Source: a virus (taxonomy: Duplodnaviria; Caudoviricetes). Taken from it: DNA of 64,000 nt. Numbering within the stretch: position 1 is the stretch's first letter; each line of letters starts with the position of its first letter. The DNA lies in IMG/VR virus record IMGVR_UViG_3300031861_000001, positions 11,971 through 75,970 of that record. One strand, written 5' to 3'. Below the pieces are notes generated by a model. It was not told where the DNA came from, did not search any database, and saw only the letters and a list, made by a program, of their open reading frames with translations. The position numbers were made by a program, and so were the translations under genes. Shown here piece by piece: positions 58,228 through 64,000 of the stretch.

Positions 58228-58410
58228 GTGTCAAGGGAGCCCATCGTGTTACACCTTCTTTTAAACAATCATGTGTATCACAATATCCTGCCATCAACAA
58301 ATTCCATATTAAAGGTGCAACAAAAAAATCAATTAAACAAATAAACAAATAAACAAGTGCTGCCCAATCTCGCCAGTACTCTTTTATTGTAGCGTTAACT
58401 TGCAATTGCA
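58118..58410 (-). CDS. Holin-like protein (GTA 3-TM holin-like family; probable start MQLQVN)
   Basis: WRDWAALVYLFICLIDFFVAP...WAPLTL..GAMFHLSFGAILG. Confidence 0.6.
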
Positions 58411-58619
58411 TCTTCCAATGTTGCAATAAGTTTAGCTTTATTGTGTCGTCTATCTAATTCAACACCAACTGTTCTGCCGTATGTTTCCAATTGTTTTTTG
58501 GTCATACTTTTTAAATTTACCTTTTTTTCTGATATGTGTTTTTCTTCAGGTTTCTGAGAATTATCACCTATACCTTCATTATTAAATATTGACTTAATTA
58601 TATTTCCAATCCAAGACAT
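58395..58619 (-). CDS. Small protein with Rho-N/HeH-like helical motif
   Basis: LKSMTKKQLETYGRTVGVELDRRHNKAKLI. Confidence 0.6.
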   Translation of the reverse strand: MSWIGNIIKSIFNNEGIGDNSQKPEEKHISEKKVNLKSMTKKQLETYGRTVGVELDRRHNKAKLIATLEDAIAS

Positions 58620-58651
58620 ATCATCCTTTCATAATTATTAATTAAAAAATC

Positions 58652-59785
58652 CTATTTTAATGGAGGCGCATATAATAATCCACCTTCTGTATACAATTTA
58701 TTTAGTCCTCGCGATAACGCAAGAGGAGTATTTTTACCTACATTTCGTTCATAAATTTCTGCATAATTACCAACTTGTTTGATAACTTCATATGCCCATT
58801 CTGATTTTAACCCTAACTTAGCTCCAAGATGAGGATGATCAATTCCATTTATTTCGCCCATAAATCTTTGGATCATTGGATCTATATGATTTTTAAAATC
58901 ATCAATATTTTTTGAAGTAATACCATACTCTTCTGCTACGAATAAAACGTAAATTGTCCATCGAATAATATCAGACCATTGCTGGTCTCCATATTTTGTT
59001 ACTGGACCAAGAGGTTCTTTTGAAATAATTTCCGGAAGAATTATATGTTGTTCCGGGTGTTTAAAACTTAATCTATTAGAAGCTAATGCAGAACGATCTG
59101 TACCATACATATCACATTTACGATCTATGTAATAATCTTTAGGCTTATCACCTACTGGTACTTCAACAGGAATATAATGAAGAAAATGTTTTTTAAAAAA
59201 ATCTTTAATATTTTTTGCAGCTGTCCCATGTGTACTATAACATATTCTTGCACCAACCATTTGTTTTGCTGAAGATACCCCAAGAGTTTTTCGAACAATA
59301 AACCCTTGACCATCATAATAAGTGGTAGGTAAAAATTCTAATTTTTTAAGAACATTTCTAGTATAGGTATATGTAGTATTAGCAGATAATATATCTATAG
59401 TACCATCAATTAAATAACTAAATCTAGTTTTACCATCCACCACTTCAAACTCGATCGATTCTTTATTAAGAAATACTGCTGTTGCAACAGCTCGACAAAT
59501 ATCAATATCAAAACCTACAAACTCTAATCGACCTGACTCCGGATTCCAAATCTCTTCACCAAAACCAGGAAACGCATCTTTGCCACCACATATTAAGTGA
59601 CCACGTGCTACTACACGTTTAAATGTTGAACCATAAGTGGGATTGTATTCAGGTAGGATAATTTCAACAGTATCTTTTTGTGGATTGCGTTCTTCATTTG
59701 GATTGCCTTCGGCTGGAGAACCTACTACGGTCAGCCAAAAAACCCACACTAAAGCAACTATAGTTTTTCCAATAGGTATCCACAT
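58652..59785 (-). CDS. aapJ: General L-amino-acid ABC transporter substrate-binding protein (AapJ/BztA family)
   Basis: RGHLICG, PGFG, GFDIDICRAVATAV, YYDGQGF, ISKEPLGP, GDQQWSDIIRW, QVGNYAEIYERNVG, RGLNKLY..GGLLYAPP. Confidence 0.93.
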   Translation of the reverse strand: MWIPIGKTIVALVWVFWLTVVGSPAEGNPNEERNPQKDTVEIILPEYNPTYGSTFKRVVARGHLICGGKDAFPGFGEEIWNPESGRLEFVGFDIDICRAVATAVFLNKESIEFEVVDGKTRFSYLIDGTIDILSANTTYTYTRNVLKKLEFLPTTYYDGQGFIVRKTLGVSSAKQMVGARICYSTHGTAAKNIKDFFKKHFLHYIPVEVPVGDKPKDYYIDRKCDMYGTDRSALASNRLSFKHPEQHIILPEIISKEPLGPVTKYGDQQWSDIIRWTIYVLFVAEEYGITSKNIDDFKNHIDPMIQRFMGEINGIDHPHLGAKLGLKSEWAYEVIKQVGNYAEIYERNVGKNTPLALSRGLNKLYTEGGLLYAPPLK

Positions 59786-60222
59786 TACTGCAAAGCTCGA
59801 TAAATTGTTAGAAGTTCATCGTCTGCTATTGGAGTAGGCATAGTATAAAATCGTTGATGACCAACCAACATATATGCTTTAATATCAGAAAAACTAGGAT
59901 ACTTGGTAAGTAAATTATGAAGTAAATAATCAGGACTTAAATGACATGAAGCACATTGATTATCTTTAGCAAACACTCTGGTAGCCTTTTTAAATCTTTC
60001 TGATTGTACCAATACAGAATTAAGATCTTTTTCCATCCATGTTACTCTTTCATCTATATCTGGAATTATCAAAAAAATTAAATAAATCAATAATCCAATA
60101 ATAACATATATCCATATTTTACTAGAAACTACTAAATCTTTAGTTTCTATTTCAATTTCTTTTACCGGCTCAAATTTTCCTTCTGTTTGTCTTTCTTCGT
60201 CTTTGTGTTTTTGTGCCATCAA
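59785..60222 (-). CDS. Membrane-anchored c-type cytochrome-like protein
   Basis: Single TM helix, then a CASCH (CxxCH) motif and downstream Met/His candidates. Confidence 0.6.
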   Translation of the reverse strand: MMAQKHKDEERQTEGKFEPVKEIEIETKDLVVSSKIWIYVIIGLLIYLIFLIIPDIDERVTWMEKDLNSVLVQSERFKKATRVFAKDNQCASCHLSPDYLLHNLLTKYPSFSDIKAYMLVGHQRFYTMPTPIADDELLTIYRALQ

Positions 60223-60575
60223 TCAATCCTTTCTTTTGATACGCCTTTTAACTTTTTAGTGATTTCTGCTGTAAACCACTTTAATACAATTGGAATACTT
60301 ATATTAGAAGTTAGTCCAAATAAATATCCTATTGGAAATTTATATGTATTATATGAAGCTAATTGAGGAACGTTTTCAAATACCAGCCATATTAAAATAT
60401 AACCGGTAACGGACATACCCATATTAATAAAAAGATCAAATAATATTAAAATAATATTTTTTTGATACTTGTCTTTATTATCGTGTCTATAATTGAATAA
60501 AAATATGAACAACGAAGAGAATAATATAATTCCAAACATTGTCAAATTGACTGCACTAAAAAGTGAATCCATCAA
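60219..60575 (-). CDS. Three-TM membrane protein (holin-like)
   Basis: Three hydrophobic segments and a basic C-terminus. Confidence 0.55.
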   Translation of the reverse strand: MMDSLFSAVNLTMFGIILFSSLFIFLFNYRHDNKDKYQKNIILILFDLFINMGMSVTGYILIWLVFENVPQLASYNTYKFPIGYLFGLTSNISIPIVLKWFTAEITKKLKGVSKERID

Positions 60576-61036
60576 ATCTCCTTGGATTTCTGTTTCAGTA
60601 ACTTCTGAAGATCAGCTGTGCTTCCTACAAATAGTGCATTTGTGACATTTTGAGGAGATCCTAATACTTCATCCGACATACTTTTTTTTGTTTTATGTAA
60701 TCCCATTAATTCTTTACTGGCATTTGTTAACTTGTCAATAAACTGACCTACTACTTCATATGCTCTAGGATGTTCTGTTTCCCTAGCAACTTCAAGTAAG
60801 CCCTCCATGGCGTCAGACCCTCTCTCTATTATACTGTATATATTTTCACGTGCATACTGAAAATCAGTATCTGTATCATCATGTGTTTTATCAGGTGTCT
60901 TATATTTAACAGGTTGATTTTGAGGTACCGGTGCGATCTTAAATACTTCATCTAACTTTACATCTACTGATTTTGGATCAACCTGTTTATCAATCACTTT
61001 ATAATTTTCCATTTTATCTTTACTCATTTGTACCAC
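60572..61036 (-). CDS. gp16: gp16 small terminase
   Basis: DFQYARENIY, EHPRAYEV, NALFVGSTADLQKLL. Confidence 0.93.
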   Translation of the reverse strand: MVQMSKDKMENYKVIDKQVDPKSVDVKLDEVFKIAPVPQNQPVKYKTPDKTHDDTDTDFQYARENIYSIIERGSDAMEGLLEVARETEHPRAYEVVGQFIDKLTNASKELMGLHKTKKSMSDEVLGSPQNVTNALFVGSTADLQKLLKQKSKEI

Positions 61037-62015
61037 CGAATGATTGTATATCTAATGTACCACCGTATGTATCAATACCAGTAGCTGGATCCCATTCAAG
61101 ACCTTCTGCAAAGAAATCCCTTGTTTCTGTTGGTTCGTAATCATCATCTCCTGGAGTCAATTCAGGGCCAATCGTAGTTGTATATCTTGACTTTACCAAG
61201 GCTGCATTAATATCTGTTCTTGTTGATTCTAACATAAATTTAGAATTATCTTCATTTAATAATTCATCCCTACCTTTTCCGAAACCAGTATCTGATTCTA
61301 ATATAATTCTATCAATATCTATTGAATCTGGATCTCTATATGGTAATATATGAAAGTTAATAATTGATGTACGTATTAAACCTGTTGGTACGTTATCACT
61401 GCCGTCACCAAAACCTTTGCCTTTAATGTTTGGATACAAATAACCTTTAATTGTAAAATCTAAAGTCCAAACTATTGCTCTTCGTGATTGATAGTCCCCT
61501 TCATATGAATCTTCTAAATTAACACCATTTAAAACAATAGGAAGATCTATTTTAATTCCCATTGTTGGAAGAGCATTTATAGTTACTGTAAAATCCGGAC
61601 TGAAAAATGGTAATATTTGTTCAACTATTTGTGTTCCATCATCTGCGTTCTTTACAAAACAAGACAGCGTAAAAGCATAATCATATGGAACTGGGCTTCT
61701 AACAACCCCTAACTGCCCTTTCCACATAGCTTTATTTTGGTTAAGGGGATGCAACATTCTCTCGGGACTGTATGACATGGAAGTCATTTCGAAGCCCATC
61801 CTCGGCAATTGCATCCCCACCTTTTTGTCTAGATTAGCATCACCTGTTATTCTGGTCATAAACTTTTGTTTAGGGCCATATGCTAAAGGAACTTTTAAAG
61901 TTTCGACAACATCCCCAGAACTATTTTTACGCATTACGTAAATGTCGTTAAAAATCGTTCCGAAAATTGAGACATATTTTCTTGTTAATCCGTGATACCA
62001 ATACTGTCCTAACAT
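61020..62015 (-). CDS. gp15: gp15 tail sheath stabiliser / completion protein
   Basis: FGTIFNDI, VPLAYGPKQKF, LPRMGFE, QIVEQILPFF.P, WTLDFT.KGYLY. Confidence 0.95.
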   Translation of the reverse strand: MLGQYWYHGLTRKYVSIFGTIFNDIYVMRKNSSGDVVETLKVPLAYGPKQKFMTRITGDANLDKKVGMQLPRMGFEMTSMSYSPERMLHPLNQNKAMWKGQLGVVRSPVPYDYAFTLSCFVKNADDGTQIVEQILPFFSPDFTVTINALPTMGIKIDLPIVLNGVNLEDSYEGDYQSRRAIVWTLDFTIKGYLYPNIKGKGFGDGSDNVPTGLIRTSIINFHILPYRDPDSIDIDRIILESDTGFGKGRDELLNEDNSKFMLESTRTDINAALVKSRYTTTIGPELTPGDDDYEPTETRDFFAEGLEWDPATGIDTYGGTLDIQSFGGTNE

Positions 62016-62860
62016 TAAAAACTTCCTTCACTAAATGGATTTCCTTCACTAAAGTCTATAATACCATCAGCAACTGTTTGTATTGTCTGATTATTAGCAG
62101 TTGCATCACCAGCAAATTCTGTTGATGTAGCACCTAATGTTGCTGTCACTCCTGAAGTGCTGCCTGTAATTGTTTCAGTTGCACTAAAAGTACCAACAAT
62201 ATTTGTAACTCTTAAAATATTCCCTCCGGCTTCAGAGCTTTGAATTTGTAATATTTCTCCAGTTGCATATGAACTAGCACCAGTAATAGTTTCGTCTGTT
62301 GTAAAAATTCCTGAATTGGCCGAAAATGGATATTCTACTGAATATGCGTTTTCAACTTCTACTGCATCTATTGCAGTAACACCTGTATCAATATCTTCAG
62401 AACTATATTCAAACAATTCACAACTTAAATCATAAACTGGAAGTTTTCCTGCTTGATAGAAAACAGCTTGATGTTCCACAAATTGAATTTCAAATAACTT
62501 TTTGGTCATATCAAACCAAATTAAATCTCCTTCAAGTGGTCTAGAAGATAAACCTGTTCCCGCCCAAGTACGTCTTGCAACAGAAAAAGTTACTTGTTCT
62601 CTAATCTCTAATCCAAACCTACCAACAAATGCTCCTTCGCCTTCAAACCCATCCGTATTTTTAATATACATTTCTATAGGAACTGCTGAATTAAAAGATG
62701 AAGTAGGATCTTCACCGTATATATTATCTACATTATTTTTAGTTCTAGGCAAATAAGATACTTCATGGCCAAAAATATGCACAGCTTCTACCATTAAATC
62801 TTCAAGAAGATTTTGTTCATTTGTATGACTAAATTTTTGAAAATAATTACTTGTCGGCAT
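62015..62860 (-). CDS. gp14: gp14 neck protein
   Basis: EQNLLEDL, YLPR, IEMY, EGDLIW, CELFEYSSE, DFSEGNPF. Confidence 0.95.
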   Translation of the reverse strand: MPTSNYFQKFSHTNEQNLLEDLMVEAVHIFGHEVSYLPRTKNNVDNIYGEDPTSSFNSAVPIEMYIKNTDGFEGEGAFVGRFGLEIREQVTFSVARRTWAGTGLSSRPLEGDLIWFDMTKKLFEIQFVEHQAVFYQAGKLPVYDLSCELFEYSSEDIDTGVTAIDAVEVENAYSVEYPFSANSGIFTTDETITGASSYATGEILQIQSSEAGGNILRVTNIVGTFSATETITGSTSGVTATLGATSTEFAGDATANNQTIQTVADGIIDFSEGNPFSEGSF

Positions 62861-63218
62861 CGTCAGCCTTTTCGTCCGTCACTCTAATTCTTAAAATCGA
62901 TTTTCCATTAATAGTAATATCACCCTTTTCATTTTCACCAATTTCCTTTACTTCTATTCTTCTATTTTTAAATTTTCCACCAAGAACAATATCACCAACT
63001 TCTATAGGCAAATTAATTTCTTCATCAAATGATAATATTTTTCCTTTGTTTCTAGGATCAAGTTTAATATTTCTAATACCAAATCTCATTTGCAAATTTT
63101 TCTTTTTCGTATCATCAGAGGCCATGTGATCAAGATCATCCCAATAGTGTTGCATTTGGGTAATTTTTTGTCTTTTCCTCATGAGATTTTCATCAACAAA
63201 TTTTTTAAAAGATTTCAT
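62847..63218 (-). CDS. Hypothetical, possible capsid-internal protein (probable start MKSFKKFVDE at 63218)
   Basis: The ATG at 63218 overlaps the upstream TGA (ATGA); CTS-like N-terminus. Confidence 0.6.
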   Translation of the reverse strand: MKSFKKFVDENLMRKRQKITQMQHYWDDLDHMASDDTKKKNLQMRFGIRNIKLDPRNKGKILSFDEEINLPIEVGDIVLGGKFKNRRIEVKEIGENEKGDITINGKSILRIRVTDEKADDADK

Positions 63219-63433
63219 TTTGCTTTGAGTTCTTGTTGTTCTTGAGTGCTTAAACCTAATTTTTTCCATTTATCTTTTTTATCTTTTAATTCTTTTGATC
63301 TAATATCTGGAGCAAGTTGGGCGCTTTTAGGTTTTTCTGGTTCCGAACAACGTGCTTTAAGAGCTGGATTTTTAACTCCGCCAGGAACATCACAGAACTC
63401 AGGTCTTTCTATAAAAGTTTTAAATGTTTTCAT
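63215..63433 (-). CDS. Small hypothetical, possible capsid-internal protein
   Basis: MKTFKTFIE resembles the T4 capsid-targeting sequence MKTYQEFIAE. Confidence 0.6.
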   Translation of the reverse strand: MKTFKTFIERPEFCDVPGGVKNPALKARCSEPEKPKSAQLAPDIRSKELKDKKDKWKKLGLSTQEQQELKAK

Positions 63434-63434
63434 T

Positions 63435-64000
63435 TTATCCTACTATAAAATCGTCAGGTAATTGATACTTAGTATAAATTTCATCATCTAACATTTGTAT
63501 TTCTGTGGTTGCATCATCAAAAATTTGTCTACCATTTAATGTTGTTCCACCGGGTAATTGCATACCTTCGTACTTTAATAAATTAGATCCCCATTGTCTT
63601 TTAAATATTGCTGTTACATATTTCTTTAACCAAAGATCATTATATGCATCAGTTAAGTCTTCTGGATCTACAGCTTTATAACATTCAAATAATAAGTATT
63701 TGTTAACAGTTAATTCTTTATCCCAATCAATATCAAGATAAATTTTATCTGAATGTCTATTAAATCTAAATGAGGGTGATTGATTAAATAAATTTTCTAT
63801 CAAACTTAAATGTTGCATTGCCATAGTATAGCCCGAAAGCTGTTGTTTGCTCAAATCAAATATATCATTTAATCTTAATTGATATCTTACATCAAACATA
63901 TTAATATTTCCAGATGTTGAATCTATAGGAAATACTCCAATAATGCTTTTAATAGCTTCACCAACTGATATGTATTCATTAGTAATATCAGTTGCTGTTA
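63435..64000 (-). CDS. gp13: gp13 neck protein, 3' part (5' end outside the window)
   Basis: MFDVRYQLRLND, FNRH..KIYLDIDW, QWGSNLLKY.G..LPGG..LNG; the frame is open to base 64000. Confidence 0.93.
   Translation of the reverse strand, partial: TATDITNEYISVGEAIKSIIGVFPIDSTSGNINMFDVRYQLRLNDIFDLSKQQLSGYTMAMQHLSLIENLFNQSPSFRFNRHSDKIYLDIDWDKELTVNKYLLFECYKAVDPEDLTDAYNDLWLKKYVTAIFKRQWGSNLLKYEGMQLPGGTTLNGRQIFDDATTEIQMLDDEIYTKYQLPDDFIVG

Noticed and set aside
1321-63461. Plus-strand ORFs in the track (e.g. 24133..24771, 3990..4322, 28143..28457)
   Set aside because: Each lies antisense to a well-supported minus-strand gene and has no recognisable motif. The longest is explained by the periodic fibre repeat.
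1-64000. tRNA genes, introns, inteins, homing endonucleases, transposases or stop-codon recoding
   Set aside because: Intergenic gaps are very short with no cloverleaf seen. Core genes have normal lengths and end at TAA, TAG or TGA without in-frame interruptions.

Overview
AT-rich fragment of a T4-like (myovirus) phage genome, probably marine or aquatic; the host cannot be assigned from this window. Every credible gene is on the minus strand, and the plus-strand ORFs in the track look like antisense shadows. Reading in transcription direction (right to left): neck and tail genes gp13 (partial), gp14, gp15 and small terminase gp16; a 5.3-kb insert of membrane and periplasmic genes (c-type cytochrome, AapJ-type amino-acid binding protein, holin-like proteins, class 3 lipase, orphan Pycsar PycTM/DUF5706-like effector); gp17, gp18, two gp19, gp20, gp67-like, gp21, gp22, gp23, gp3; uvsY, uvsW; a GT9-like glycosyltransferase with a Lys-rich tail; gp55, gp47, gp46; peptide deformylase; queD, queE; a tandem-duplicated unknown gene pair, a formyltransferase and a GT-A-like gene. 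Next is a ~22-kb tightly coupled block behind a T4 late promoter. It starts with tail-fibre cassettes and runs into an enzyme island: YkgJ-like protein, four 2OG-Fe(II) oxygenases, flavin halogenase, U32-methyltransferase fusion, IT-family membrane protein, AsnB-like amidotransferase, glycosyltransferase and ribosomal protein bS21. The left end holds iscU/iscA, a GT25-like gene, HtrA, a frameshifted AAA ATPase, another 2OG oxygenase, a GT10-like gene and a partial DegT aminotransferase. Several small ORFs missed by the track, seven TATAAATA late promoters, sigma70 promoters and two frameshifts were read directly from the DNA. All family calls come from recalled motifs; no database search was run.
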